DNA of 64,000 nt from Octopus sinensis (lineage: Eukaryota): positions 44,032,464 through 44,096,463 of the forward strand of contig NC_043011.1 of NCBI RefSeq assembly GCF_006345805.1. Direction: 5' to 3'. Below, piece after piece: positions 24,678-38,395 of the stretch (the stretch's first letter is position 1; every line of letters starts with the position of its first letter). A model generated the notes under the pieces. The model saw only the letters and a list, made by a program, of their open reading frames with translations. It was not told where the DNA came from and did not search any database. Position numbers and translations under genes: made by a program.

Positions 24678-24850
24678 GAGGCACAATGGCCCAGTGGTTA
24701 GGGCAGCGGACTTGCGGTTTTGATTCCCAGACCGGGCATTGTGAGTGTTTATTGAGTAAAAACACCTAAGCTCCACGAGGTTCCGGCGGGTGGTGGTGGT
24801 GAACCCCGCTGTATTCTTTCATCACTACTTTCTCTCACTCTTTCTTCCTA
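24678..24850 (+). mobile_element. SINE family C, 5' part
   Basis: gaggcacaatggcccagtggttagggcagcggact...aacacctaagctccacgagg. Confidence 0.85.
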
Positions 24851-25179
24851 CTTCTGCCACAAAGCAGAGGAACCATGGTGTAACCCACAATGGTGTGGTA
24901 AACTTTCAGACCCTAGTCTAGATTGCGAATCCTCTGTACCCCAGGATGGTTCAGCTCTCCACCCGTTAAAAGCCACCGTTTACGGAATGAGGATAACAAC
25001 GTAGCTTTCGCGTCCATGCAACCATCAGTCTATCGCGTGTGGTGGGTGGATCTTCAAGTTTCCACACACATTCTTAGTAGCTTAGAGTAGGCTCAAATTA
25101 GAGATTATTCTTTGTGGCTTATTAGTCCTGATTAGAAGAAGAAGACAGCAATTATAGCCATCAAATCACTTGTTCACAG

Positions 25180-25228
25180 GTCATGGTTTTTATCAATGTT
25201 AACAAAAATGCTGCTTCTTATCAATGAG
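25180..25228 (+). CDS. Weak candidate exon (SWFLS-MLTKMLLLINE) ending in phase 0
   Basis: cttgttcacag acceptor, GAG|gtaggt donor, AAAAATG context. Confidence 0.2.
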
Positions 25229-25609
25229 GTAGGTTCTTTGTGGTTGAATGACCTGATAACAATAGTTGGTTGAATGACCTGATAACAATAGTAATCAAAT
25301 TTCTATTAAATTAAACTCTGTTCTTATAAAAAGTGAAAGGAGTGCGTGTTTAGCATAGTGTAGGACACAGTATATTTTATATATAGTCATGGATGGAAGT
25401 CCTTTGATTATAAATCTGGCTGCTTGCTCAATTAAGGATGGCTTGGGACTAAACAATTCTACAGTCAGTTATTTTTTAGAAGGGTTTTTGTCAATGCTAA
25501 TTGAGAGGCCATGCTTTACAATCCACTTTGGGTACTTTTATGTGGTTGCATGAGTTGCTCAAAATAGTAACCAAATTTTCCTTAAATCACACTATGGCTT
25601 AATGGCTAG

Positions 25610-25895
25610 GACGTTCGACTAATAATCGTAAGGTTATGAGTTCAATTCCTGGTGGCACGTTATGTCCTTGAGCAAGACACTTTATTTCACGTTCCCTCAG
25701 TTCACTCAGCTTGCAAAAATGAGCTGTCCCTGTATTTCAAATGGCCAGCCTTGTCACACTCTGTGTCACACTGAATCAGAACTACATTTAGGGTATGTGT
25801 GTCTGTGGAATACTCAGATACTTGCACATTAATTTCACGAGAAGGCTATTCTGTTGATCGGATCAATGGAACCCTTGTTGTCAAAACTAACAGAG
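25610..25895 (+). mobile_element. SINE with D-type head and C-type tail
   Basis: ccttgagcaagacactttatttcac followed by gccagccttgtcacactctgtgtcac...aatttcacgag. Confidence 0.8.
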
Positions 25896-26228
25896 TATTA
25901 TTCAGGTCACTGCCTGGAATCGAACTTGGAATCTTGGGGCATATGGCGTAGTGGTTAAGAGCGCGGGCTACTAACCCCAAGATTCCGAGTTCGATTCCAG
26001 GCAGTGACCTGATTAATAATTATGATAATAATAATAATGATTATAATAACAACATCAAAAAATACTTTAGGAATGAGAACCCAGGTTCGAAATTTCTTAA
26101 ATACACATGATGAAGGCTGGAGGGTGTATCAGCCGAAACGTTGTGTTAACAACAAACAAGACGAGGACAAATATCCATCAAATGTAAATAATGTACATAA
26201 TTCCTCATATCTTAAATATAGAACTGTA
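25896..26228 (+). mobile_element. tRNA-headed SINE with hammerhead-bearing tail (family P), plus a 44-bp inverted 5' duplication
   Basis: A box TGGCGTAGTGG, B box AGTTCGATTCC, (AAT)n spacer, hammerhead-like fold at 26101-26147 (C3>A in this copy); 25896-25939 is the reverse complement of 25975-26016. Confidence 0.85.
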
Positions 26229-26601
26229 AAAATGAATTGGTCCTCTATCATTTAACGTTGTCTTCTTTCCTCAGTTTGAAGACTCAATGGGTGATGACAA
26301 GGTTTCAAATTTCAATCTTGTTATCAGATTTGTTGTCACATGATAATTTCACTGGATTATTATTATTTTTTTTTATCTTAAATAATTTTGATAAGAAGAA
26401 AGTGTACTTCACATGTACACTAACGGGAGACTCTCTGCATGGCTGTGTAATCTGACTGAAATAGCAGACAAATCTCCTTCAAATTACATGCCACCATTAG
26501 TTTAATTGACTGAACTATTCTCATCAAATTACTGGCCTTGTGCCATAATTAGAACTAATTCTTCTTCTTATTATTATAATAATAATAATAATGATACTGC
26601 T

Positions 26602-26980
26602 AGCTTGCTTACCAACCACGTGGTTCCAGGTTCAGTCCCACTACGTGGCACCTTGGGCAAGTGTCTTCTACTATAGCCTCGGGCCGACCAAAGCCTTATG
26701 AGTGGATTTGGTAGACGGAAACTGAAAGAAGCCCGTTGTAAATATGTATATATATATATGTATGTACGTGTATATGTTTGTGTGTCAGTGTTTGTCCCCC
26801 ACAACATCGCTTGACAACTGAAGCTGGTGTGTTTACATCCCTGTAACTTAACAGTTCAGCAAAAGAGACCAATAGAATAAGTACTAGGCTTACAAAGAAT
26901 AAGTCCTGAGGTCGATTTGCTTGACTAAAGGCGGTGCTCCAACATGGTCACAGTCAAATGACTGAAACAAGTAAAAGAGT
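26602..26980 (+). mobile_element. SINE A, slightly 5'-truncated
   Basis: agcttgcttaccaaccacgtggttccagg ... gaaacaagtaaaagag. Confidence 0.92.
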
Positions 26981-27023
26981 ATATATATATATATATTTAA
27001 TATATGTATATATACATACATAA

Positions 27024-27055
<32 letters not shown>

Positions 27056-27116
27056 TATATATACTATATAGATATATATATATATCTATATATATAATAT
27101 ATATATATGTATATAT

Positions 27117-27158
<42 letters not shown>

Positions 27159-27395
27159 CTATCTATATATATATTATATGTATATATACATACATATATA
27201 ATCTATATATATATATATATAAATTCTATCTATATATATATATATATATATATATCATACATTATATATATATATATCTATATATATATATATTATCTAT
27301 CTATATATATATATATATGTATATATACATACATATATATATATTATATACATACATATATAGATATCATATATAATTATATATATATATATACA
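26981..27395. repeat. (TA)n-rich array
   Basis: Direct reading. Confidence 0.95.
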
Positions 27396-27853
27396 TGTAA
27401 ATGTAGAGCATTGGAAGGAGTGCTCAACATTGCATTGTGGGTGGATAAATAATTTCTTTATTTGTGAAACCAAGTGTCGATAAATCAACTGGAAAAGATG
27501 TTTTCCTGGAGTAAAAAGTAACTTAGTCCTATTCAGGACTGCCATGTTATGTTGTCCAATAAGCTTTACTCTATATATTACTCTTTTATGTTACCCTCTC
27601 TCTCTCTCTCTCTAACTCTCCATCTCTCTCTCTTAATGTATGTATTTCCCTCTCTCTTTCTTTTGTTTGTAACTCTTACTCTCAGTCTCAGAACTGACAT
27701 CTATCTGTCCTTTTTCTCCTGCCACTCTCCTCATTGCAAACATATATTTTCTCTCTCTCTCTCTCTCTCCTTCCCTCGCACTCTCCATCATACCAGCTAC
27801 TCCCCACAGTCTTTCTTCTCCCCTCTCATCCTACCTCTTTATTTTCTCCTCTT

Positions 27854-28801
27854 AAACACATACACACATTCCACACATACATACTCAGACATTCCACACA
27901 TAAACACACACACACATGCAATACAGTAATAGACATACTCCACTCACCCCACCACATACACACAAATTCACGTACACACACACGAATTATCCACACACAC
28001 ACACACCACGCATCTATCGTTTTATATATCATGTTATTTCTCTATCTAATTATTGCTTTGATTTGACATCTCCGCTGTAATAAAGTTATGGTAATAGAAA
28101 CCAAATTTCACCATTTCTATTAATTCTTCAAGAAATATGGCAGCATCAACAAGCATTCATCATGGCAATTGTCTTAGAATGGAAACGAAAGGTTTAGCCA
28201 TGACTCACAGACAATAGTGCCATTTCTTTATTGTGGAATGAAAAGTGAAGGTTTAGCCATGATCCACAGACATCTTCTAAGGTAGATTGCTTATGCAAAT
28301 CCAACCTTCTGACTACCATCCTTGGATTATGTTCTTCTGTTTTCATCCTGTTTGTTTGTTTGCTAGGATTCCAGTTCGATATCTCTCTTTTACTCTTCTA
28401 TTTGTTTCAGTCATTTGACTGTGGCCATGCTGGAGCACTGCCTTTAGTCGAGCAAATCAATGCCAGGACTTATTCTTGTCAGCCTAGTACTTATTCTATC
28501 GGTTCTTTTGCCGAATCGCTAGTGTTACGGGGACGTAGATACACCAGCATCGGTTGTCAAGCGATGTTGGGGGGGACAAAGACAGGCACAAACATATACA
28601 CACACACATACATATGTATATATGTATGTATATATTATTTTCTCTCCTTGTTTTTTTCTGTGTCCCTTTCTGTAGAAGAGCGTAGGCTCGAAACATAAAA
28701 TACTTTTTCAATTCCTGAGCGTTATACTAATACATCTGTTTGTTTTCTACACCACCTGTCTTCATGTTTTGTTTTTTTCGTGAACTCTCCCCCTATATAT
28801 C

Positions 28802-28844
<43 letters not shown>

Positions 28845-29220
28845 CATATATATGATGGGCTTCTTCTTCAGTTTCTGTCTACCAAATCCACTCACAAGGC
28901 TTTGGTCAGCCTGAGGCTATAGTAGAAGACACTTGCCCAGGTGCCACGCAGTGGGACTGGACCCGGACCCATGTGGTTGGCAAGCTAGCTACTTACCACA
29001 CACCCCTCCAATGTCTGTTCTGAGGTTTTGAAAAACTAAAGAACTAGGAAATCCAAAAGTACATGTATTGGCATTTATTACTCTTACTCTGGAAGATCGT
29101 CGTCATTGATGTCGTCGTCAGCGTCTTCATTGCAACCATTGTCATCATTATCGTCACTGCCATGCTACCATTGCCACTGACATCATCATCTCTATAACCA
29201 CCACCACCACCACCACCCAC

Positions 29221-29253
<33 letters not shown>

Positions 29254-30293
29254 GCAACTGGAACTCTGTTATACTTACATATAAATACACATGTATGACC
29301 ACACAGAAAGACGTGTTCACTCAGGCACACATAAAAACACATACACACATTCCACACATACATACTCAGACATTCCACACATAAACACACACACACATGC
29401 AATACAGTAATAGACATACTCCACTCACCCCACCACATACACACAAATTCACGTACACACACACGAATTATCCCCACACACACACACCCACGCATCTATC
29501 GTTTTATATATCATGTATTCTCTATCTAATTATTGCTTTGATTTGACATCTCCGCCGTAATAAAGTTATGGTATAGAAACCAAATTTCACCATTCTATTA
29601 ATCTTCAAGAAATATGGCAGCATCAACAAGCATTCATCATGGCAATTGTCTTAGAATGGAAACGAAAGGTTTAGCCATGACTCACAGACAATAGTGCCAT
29701 TTCTTTATTGTGGAATGAAAAGTGAAGGTTTAGCCATGATCCACAGACATCTTCTAAGGTAGATTGCTTATGCAAATCCAACCTTCTGACTACCATCCTT
29801 GGATTATGTTCTTCTGTTTTCATCCTGTTTGTTTGTTTGCTAGGATTCCAGTTCGATATCTCTCTTTTACTCTTCTATTTGTTTCAGTCATTTGACTGTG
29901 GCCATGCTGGAGCACTGCCTTTAGTCGAGCAAATCAATGCCAGGACTTATTCTTTGTCAGCCTAGTACTTATTCTATCGGTTTCTTTTGCCGAATCGCTA
30001 GTGTTACGGGGACGTAAATACACCAGCATCGGTTGTCAAGCGATGTTGGGGGGGACAAAGACAGGCACAAACATATACACACACACATACATATGTATAT
30101 ATGTATGTATATATTATTTTCTCTCCTTGTTTTTTTCTGTGTCCCTTTCTGTAGAAGAGCGTAGGCTCGAAACATAAAATACTTTTTCAATTCCTGAGCG
30201 TTATACTAATACATCTGTTTGTTTTCTACACCACCTGTCTTCATGTTTTGTTTTTTTCGTGAACTCTCCCCCTATATACTATATATATCTATA

Positions 30294-30332
<39 letters not shown>

Positions 30333-30695
30333 CATACATATATATGATGGGCTTCTTCCAGTTTCTGTCTACCAAATCCACTCACAAGTCTTTGGTCAGC
30401 CTGAGGCTATAGTAGAAGACACTTGCCCAAGGTGCCACGCAGTGGGACTGAACCCGGACCCATGTGGTTGGCAAGCTAGCTACTTACCACACACCCACTC
30501 CAATGTCTGTTCTGATGTTTTGAAAAACTAAAGAACTAGGAAATCCAAAAGTACATGTATTGGCATTTATTACTCTTACTCTGGAAAGATCGTCGTCATT
30601 GATGTCGTCGTCAGCGTCTTCATTTGCACCATTGTCATCATTATCGTCACTGCCATGCTACCATTGCCACTGACATCATCATCTCTATAACCACC

Positions 30696-30747
<52 letters not shown>

Positions 30748-30835
30748 GCAACTGGAACTCTGTTATACGTACATATAAATACACATGTATGACCACACAG
30801 AAAGACGTGTTCACTCAGGCACACATAAAAACACA
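27854..30835. repeat. Near-identical direct tandem duplication of a ~1.48-kb unit
   Basis: t27861 aligns to t29342 (offset 1481); the copies differ mainly by 1-bp indels; breakpoints lie in CA tracts. Confidence 0.95.
28388..29004 (-). mobile_element. SINE A with family Q nested in its microsatellite (duplicated at 29865-30495)
   Basis: A tail, then Q (28640-28793), then TA tract, then A domain and head. Confidence 0.85.
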
Positions 30836-31289
30836 CACACACACACACGCACGCGTGCGCACGTGTTCAAATTAACGGCAGTACTTGATTATCTTATCAG
30901 CTGATACTTTATCAACTTTGGAAAGCTGAAAGGCGAGGCAGACGTAGGTGACATTCCCTTCATACACACACACACGCACACATACACATATAGGTATACA
31001 CATACACACACGCACAAACATATATGTAGACACACACATGTAAGTATACACGCACACACACTTTTATGTGGATGCACATAAATATAGTCATATGTTTTTG
31101 GTTACAAACAAAAGAGGAGAGCAGTCGTAGCATGGGAAGTTGTTGGTGAATCACTCCATTGTCTATGAGCATATATGTATGCATACATACATGCATACAT
31201 ATATACATACCTACATACATACATGTAAGCATACACACATACACATACATACATACACATAAACATAAATAAATATATGCATGTATACA

Positions 31290-31678
31290 TACTCTTTACT
31301 CTTTTACTTGTTTCAGTCACCCGACTGCGGCCATGCTGGAGCACCACCTTTAGTCGAGCAAACCGACCCCGGGACCCACTCCCTGTAAGCCCAGTACTTA
31401 TTCCATCGGTCTCTTTTGCCGAACTGCTAAACTATGGGGACATAAATACACCAGCATCGGTTGTCAAGCAATGCTAGGGGGACAAACACACACACACATA
31501 CACATATATACAAAAATATACGACAGGCTTCTTTCAGTTTCCGTCTACCAAATCCACTCACAAGGCATTGGTCGGCCCGGGGCTATAGCAGAAGGCACTT
31601 GCCCAAGATGCCACGCAGTGGGACTGAACCCGGAACCATGTGGTTGGTTGGCAAGCTACTTACCACACAGCCACTCCT
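31290..31678 (-). mobile_element. SINE A
   Basis: Complete reverse-complement copy ending cacagccactcc. Confidence 0.92.
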
Positions 31679-31679
31679 T

Positions 31680-31880
31680 GTTGCTTGTTCCTTCTCGAGC
31701 CATGTCTGGTTCATAAAAGCCAGTTTCCTGGTTTCATTGGCGTATAGGTTCCCCACCTGGATGGGATGCCAGTCCATCGCAGGTGAGCTACTTGGAACAG
31801 GAGGAATGAGTGAGAGAAAGTTGTGGTGAAAGAGTGAGCAGAAGTTCGCCATTTCCATCTGCGGGAGCTGCATAGAGCTT
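31680..31880 (-). mobile_element. SINE C with alternative tail, 5'-truncated
   Basis: Matches the 3' part of 43967-44272. Confidence 0.75.
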
Positions 31881-33702
31881 AGGTGTGTGTATACGTTTGT
31901 GTGTCTGTGTTTGTCCCCACCCCCACATCACTTGACAACCGATGCTAGTGTGTTACGTCCCTGTAACTTAGCAGTTCGGCAAAAGAGACCGATCGAATAA
32001 GCACTAGGCTTACAAAGAATAAGTCCCGGGGTCGATTTGCTCGACTAAAGGCAGTGCTCCAGCATGGCCACAGTCAAATGACTGAAACAAGTAAAAAGTG
32101 TAACTCATTTGCTCATTACACACACACACACACATACTTATGCATTCATATACACACACACACACATATGCATCCATATACACACACACACATACTTATG
32201 CATTCATATACACACACATACTTATGCATTCATATACACACACACATACACATTCACACATATGCACATCACATTTTTACACACACACACACACAAACCT
32301 ACACATGCGTATACTTACACTCATATACATACACATTCGCACACACACACATACGCACACACACACACACACACATGCCTTCACATCTGTTGATTTAATA
32401 AATCATTCCTAATATTAAGAGGTATTAAGATATATTAATCCTTCGTTTCCTGTCTCCGATTGGATGTTGGGACAGTTTTGATAGCAAGAGATTGCTGGGT
32501 GGTGGTGGTGGTGGTGGCGGCGGCGTAGATATGGATTAAATGCCGGGTGTAGCAGAGGGTGGTGGTGGTGGTGGTTCAGTTGGTGAAATGATAGGGTAAG
32601 GTTTCTAGTTCACACCACAGCAATGTCTTTTATCTTTTGTCTCTTACTTGTTCCAGTTTTTGGACTGTGGCCATACTGGAGCACTGCTTTGAAGGGTTTT
32701 AAGCAAGCGAATCGACCCCTGTACTTATTTTTTTTTGTTTTGTTTTGCAAAGCCTGGTGCTTATTCTGTCAGTCCGTTTTGCTGAACCACTAAGTTACAG
32801 GGATAATAAACCAGCCAGCACCAGCTGTCAAGTGGTGGTGGTGGTGGTGGAGGGAAGCATGCACACACACATACACACACACATACATGACACACACACA
32901 CATACATGACACACACACACACACCACACACACACACACACACATATTTTTATAAACACATAACAAGCTTTTATAATGGTTTCCGTCTGCCAGATCCACT
33001 CACAAGGCTTTGGTCAGTCTGGGGTTATAGTAGAAAAATACTTACTTGTCCAAGGTGCCATGCAGTGGGACTGAACCCAAGATCACATGGCTTGGAAGCA
33101 AGCTTCTTAACCAAACAGCCAAATCTGTATATTTGTGCGTATGTGTGTGCGTGTGTGTTCATTTATAAGAATTTATACTCATGGATACGCAACTAATGCA
33201 CACACAAACAAACACACAAACATTATTAAACTTTGCCAAGCATGTCCGACTTTCCCAATAATTTCAGGATAATATCAGCCGAACAATTCACATTTGTTTC
33301 TGCTCCCCCGTCTCTACCTCTCTTCTCTCCCCATCTCCCCCCTCACTCTGCCCGTCCCCCTCTCCCCTCTACCTCTCCCACCTGCTCTCTCTCTCTCTCT
33401 CTCTAATTACCCATACTTTTTTTATATCCAAACATTGTCTCTTTGTTTCAACAATACACGTTGCATAAAGCTACAAGTGTTCACAGTATTCACCTCATCT
33501 TCAGGAAACGAGATAAAATCTTCAATATTAGACCTCCTTCATCATCTCTGAAGATCAGCCTAATCCTCAAAAAAACCACACTAGAATCTTGTTATCAATG
33601 CTTTACAACGTTTTACCTATATAACTCTTTAGCTGCTGTATTTTTGGCTCCATACCTGTATTGGCATGGTTTCCACAGCTGGATGTCCTTCCTAACATAC
33701 AT

Positions 33703-34088
33703 ACTCTTTTACTTGTTTCAGTCATTTGACTGCGGCCATGCTGGAGCAGATCGACCCCGGGACTTATTCTTTGTAAGCCCAGTACTTATTCTATCGGTCT
33801 CTTTTGCCGAACCGCTAAGTGACGGGGACATAAACACACCAGCATCGGTTGTCAAGCAATGCTAGGGGGACAAACACAGACACACAAACATATACACACA
33901 CACACATGTATATATATATACATATATACAACAGGTTTCTTTCAGTTTCCGTCTACCAAATCCACTCACAAGGCATTGGTCGGCCCGGGGCTATAGCAGA
34001 AGACACTTGCCCAAGATGCCACGCAGTGGGACTGAACCCGGAACCATGTGGTTGGTAAGCAAGCTACTTACCACACAGCCACTCCTGC
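33703..34088 (-). mobile_element. SINE A
   Basis: Near-complete copy with a small internal deletion. Confidence 0.92.
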
Positions 34089-34130
34089 GCTAGTTAATTA
34101 TGCGTTAGTCTTTGTTTTATAAATTCTAAG

Positions 34131-34260
34131 TATTATAAAACTTTCCAAAAAAATGGGAGCGTGTATCATATACAATGCACGAATACCAGGGAAATATGAC
34201 CTGTGTATCACATATGATATACAGGATAATCTAGGATTTAATTTATCAAAGTTGCTGATG
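34131..34260 (+). CDS. Weak candidate exon (MGACIIYNARIPGKYDLCITYDIQDNLGFNLSKLLM) ending in phase 0
   Basis: ATG at 34153 in AAAATGG context, 36 open codons ending exactly at ATG|gtgagg. Confidence 0.25.
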
Positions 34261-34654
34261 GTGAGGTTAATTGCAAAAAGATTTCTTTGAAATAATCTCC
34301 GCAAACTAGATGAGCTCCCCAATATGTTAGTGTTTCATCATAAGGCAGGTGGTGTGGGTTAGCAGAACCAGTAAAGCATCAGAAAAAATACCTTGTGGTA
34401 TTTGTTCTTGTGCTTCACAGTCTGAGTTCAAAACCTACCATGGTCAACTTTGCCAGTCAATAAAATAAAGTACCCGCGATGCACTAGGATTAATGTAATC
34501 AATTAATACGCCATCCCCATCTGATTACATTACTGGCTTTGTGTCCAAATTAGAAATCATTATATCATAAGGAGAAGAATTTAGTATAATGTGTCGATTT
34601 CTTCTTAAATACATTCTAGAACATTCTAATGTGAACATCTCATCACTGTTGTTT

Positions 34655-35015
34655 ACTCTTTTACTCTTTTACTTGTTTCAGTCATTTGACTGTGGCCATG
34701 CTGGAGCACTGCCTTTAGTCGAGCAAATCAACCTCAGGACTTATTCTTTGTAAGCCTAGTACTTATTCTATCGGCCTATTTTGCCGAACCACTAAACTAT
34801 GGGGACGTAAACTCACCAGCATCGGTTGTCAAGCGATGTTCGGAGGACAAACACAGACACACAAACGTATACACACACACATACATTTCTTTCAGTTTCT
34901 ATCTACCAAACCCACTCACAAGGCTTTGGTCAGCCTGAGGCTATAGTAGAAGACTGAACCCGGAACCATGTGGTTCATAAGCAAGATACTTACCACACAG
35001 CCACTCCTACGCCTA
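34655..35015 (-). mobile_element. SINE A
   Basis: Reverse-complement copy with an internal deletion in the domain. Confidence 0.9.
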
Positions 35016-35063
35016 TGTTTGGTCATCATTGGAGAACATCTCCTCCTCTTCCTCCTTTCAGAT

Positions 35064-35638
35064 CAGTGGTCTCAACCAGGGTCCATATAAGAATTTTGGG
35101 AGTCCATGACACAATACACTAAATTGGGGATTCACGATAATATTTTAAGGGCTCCTGAAAAAATGCTGCTTTAGATATATATATTGGTATATATTTCTTT
35201 ACTGCCCACAGGGGGTTAAACATAGAGGGGACAAACAAGGACAAACAAAGAGAGTAAGCCAATTACATCAACCCCAGTGCGTAACTGATACTTATATAAT
35301 CGACCCCGAAAGATGAAAGGCAAAGTTGACCTCAGTGGAATTTGAACTCAGAACGTAACGGCAGATGAAATACCATTAAGCATTTCGCCCAGCTTGCTAA
35401 CGGTTTTGCCAGCTTGCCACCCATGTGATGGTATATATTGCAAGAAACAGCTAGGTTTCTTTCTCTAGCCTTTTACCTAGTTAAACATACACAAGTTAAT
35501 GTGTGAAAAAGAAGATGGGAGTTCAAAAATAAACATCTATAAAACTAGTTTTTAAACATTGAATGACCTTGGGGATCCACTAGAATAAAATTATAATCAA
35601 AAGGGTCCACAAGTAAAAAAAATGGTTGAGAATCCTTG
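35064..35638. mobile_element. hAT-like MITE interrupted by SINE B (35195-35420, minus strand)
   Basis: CAGTGGTCTCAACC ... GGTTGAGAATCCTTG imperfect TIRs; 8-bp TSD degraded. Confidence 0.55.
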
Positions 35639-35804
35639 CTTTAGAAGATGTGTATTCATAACACACCTGATTCACGGGTTCAACACTGTAAGGAGACTTC
35701 ATAGCACCACAGTGTTTTGGCCTCATTGTATGTCTCCTCAGTCAAAGCTACTCCACTGGACTTATGAATCTAAATGAGAGTACAGCTCTTGTTTATTGGA
35801 ATCA

Positions 35805-36208
35805 GCAAACCGATTATATGTGGAAGCACTCCGTCGGTTACGACGATGAGGGTTCCGGTTGATCTGAATCAACGGAACAGCCTGCTCGTGAAATTAACGT
35901 GTAAGTGGCTGAGCACTCCATAGACACGTGTACCCTTAACGTAGTTCTCGGGGATATTCAGCGTGACACAGAGAATGACAAGGCTGGCCCTTGAAATACA
36001 GGTACAACAGAAACAGGAAGTAAGAGTGAGAGAAAGTTGTGGTGAAAGAGTACAGTAGGGATCACCACCATCCCCTGCCAGAGCCTCGTGGAGCTTTTTT
36101 ATGTGTTTTCGCTCAATAAACACTCACAACGCCCGGTCTGGGAATCAAAACCGCGATCCTATGACTGCGAGTCCGCTGCCCTAACCACTGGGCCATTGTG
36201 CCTCCACA
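35805..36208 (-). mobile_element. SINE C, full length
   Basis: Reverse complement of 43141-43520. Confidence 0.92.
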
Positions 36209-36964
36209 TATATGGTGATGCATGCAGATGTCTGCCAAACAGATGATAATTCATGTGATGTATGTAGAACAACGAGAATCCGTACTGTGACATATTTATT
36301 CATTCTGGCAGAATGTATTATTTGTTTGGCAGACATTTGCATGCATCAGCACATTGTTTGTTGTTGGTTGTTATGAACAAGAGCAATCCGATATTCATGT
36401 ATGAATCTGCCAGTGCCTATTAAGAACGAGTGGATACATTATCGGTTGGATTCTTGCTGTTCTGCATGCACCCACCCCTCCCCAAGGATTATCAAGAGAT
36501 TTAATAACTGAGTCAAATTAAATGGACTCACCACATGCTGGGATTAGAATCAGTGAAGGTGATGGTTGCTGTGGTTTTAATTCCAGCAAAGGTCAAGGTC
36601 ACTGTCCTTCCTGCGAGGTCCCTGAAGGGTGTGGTAACTATAAAGCATAAGTGGGGTATCATTGGTTCAAATACACTTTTATCTGCTGTGTGTGTGTTTG
36701 TGTGTGTGTGTGTGTAAAGGCACATGGCCTAGTGGGTAGGGTGTTGGACTCATGATTGCAAGATTGTGGTTTCAATTTTGGTGCAGACCAGCTGCACATT
36801 GTGTTCTTAAGAAAAATACTACATTTCACATTGCTGCAATCCACTCAGCAGTAAGTGGGTACACCCTTCAAGAGACTTTTTCTGTTCATGGGGGATATCA
36901 GTCTGCTTGCTTCCTGATACCTTTCCTATATATTAAGCAGAGCCATTTACTTGAAATGAGTAGA

Positions 36965-37545
36965 GGCCTATCTGTTTGCCTGCTTGCTTAGAACTTTGGT
37001 CTTTGCTAACTTAATTTTAAGGCCCTTCAATCCCAAGTTTAGGATTTCTTTTCTAATTTTGTTACTGATTCTGCTATAAGAATCAGTAGTAGTACATGTA
37101 GTAGTTCCCAGGAGCAACCCGTCTTGGATTCTTCTGTTATGACCTGGAAGACAATGATGAACACCTACCTGTACACTAAATTTGTCACTATACTCATGGC
37201 TAACTCTCACCTTACTAATGGCATCCCTGTACAGGGCCTGTATGGCTTTCACAAGCCTTTCATCTACCCCTAGCTTCCTCAAAAGCCACTATATCACTGA
37301 GTGAGTGACTCTGTCAATGACTTCCTCCAGGTCATTGGATGCCAAGTACAGTGGTTTGCTTAAAGCTAAATTCTTTTCCTGAAGTTATCTGACTAAGATA
37401 GCATCAGTAGTACTTCTCCCCAACACAAAAACAAACTGCATTTCATCTGGTCTGATTCTGCTTCTAATTAACTTAGCTATCACTCTCTCCATAACTTCCA
37501 TGACCTGGTCCAGCAATCTGATACCTCCATTTACATCTATTTAAA
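36965..37545 (-). mobile_element. Decayed RTE reverse-transcriptase fragment
   Basis: LLDQVMEVMERVI..DEMQF..GRSTTDAI..LQEK..KPLYLA..DLE..LRKLGV..AIQALY..VQVGVH; contains stops and frameshifts. Confidence 0.88.
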
Positions 37546-38034
37546 GCACCTTCTTTACCCGTGTAGCATGTAAAAAGATTAGATTGTTATGAGCGACTAC
37601 TTTTATCATAAGACTGTTCAGTTGCTACCAAATTATTTCAAGCTGAACAAAGAGGGTTTTTGTACAACCAGAAACCCTGCTGGAAATAGAAGACAAATTT
37701 CCTTTAAATCACACCATTTCAAATTAGGAAAGGACACGTGTAGCAAGCAGTGTCATGTCACACCAAAAGATGAGATAATATACTATATTACATAAACTAG
37801 AATAAAACCAACTGATGTGGGTTGGCGCTGTTTCTCATAGTAAATATGATGTAATGTATATCATCATCAACATCATCATTATTCAACATCCATTTTCCAA
37901 GCTGGCGTAGGTCGGCCAGTTTGACAGGAGCTGACCTGCATCAAACTCCAGTGTCGGCTTTGACATGGTTTCTATGGCTAGATGCTCTTCCTGACGCCAA
38001 CTATTTTACAAAGTGTACTGGTTGATTTTGGTGT

Positions 38035-38395
38035 GGAGGTGTGTGGCTTATTGGCTAGGGTGTTGGACTCCTGATTGTAAGATTGTGGTTTCGATTCCTG
38101 GACTGGGCAATACATTGTGTCCTTGAGCAAAACACTTCATTTCACGTTGCTCCAGCCTGCTCAGCTGGCAAAAACGTGTAATCATGCAATGGACCATCCT
38201 GGTGGGGAATATACAGAGTGGTTCAAAATTCGCCATACATAAGAGCAATTTATTTTTTTTATAAGAAACAGTTTTTTTTATTTAACTGTTTCTTATAAAA
38301 AAATAAATTTTTCCTATGTATGGTGACTTTTGAATCACCCTGTATATGCCATGAAACTGAGAAACTAACCCTTATGACTCGAGAAGGTAACTTTA
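38035..38395 (+). mobile_element. SINE D head with alternative tail, carrying a nested MITE
   Basis: ccttgagcaaaacacttcatttcacgttgctccag; split at a TA by 38214-38342. Confidence 0.75.
38214..38342. mobile_element. Palindromic Tc1/mariner-type MITE
   Basis: TA|CAGAGTGGTTCAAAA ... TTTTGAATCACCCTG|TA; the ~60-bp arms are near-complementary along their whole length. Confidence 0.85.

Noticed and set aside
25936-26010. tRNA-like sequences at SINE heads (also 10460, 43141, 51644)
   Set aside because: They have A and B boxes but no closing acceptor stem, and each runs into a repeat body, so they are not tRNA genes.
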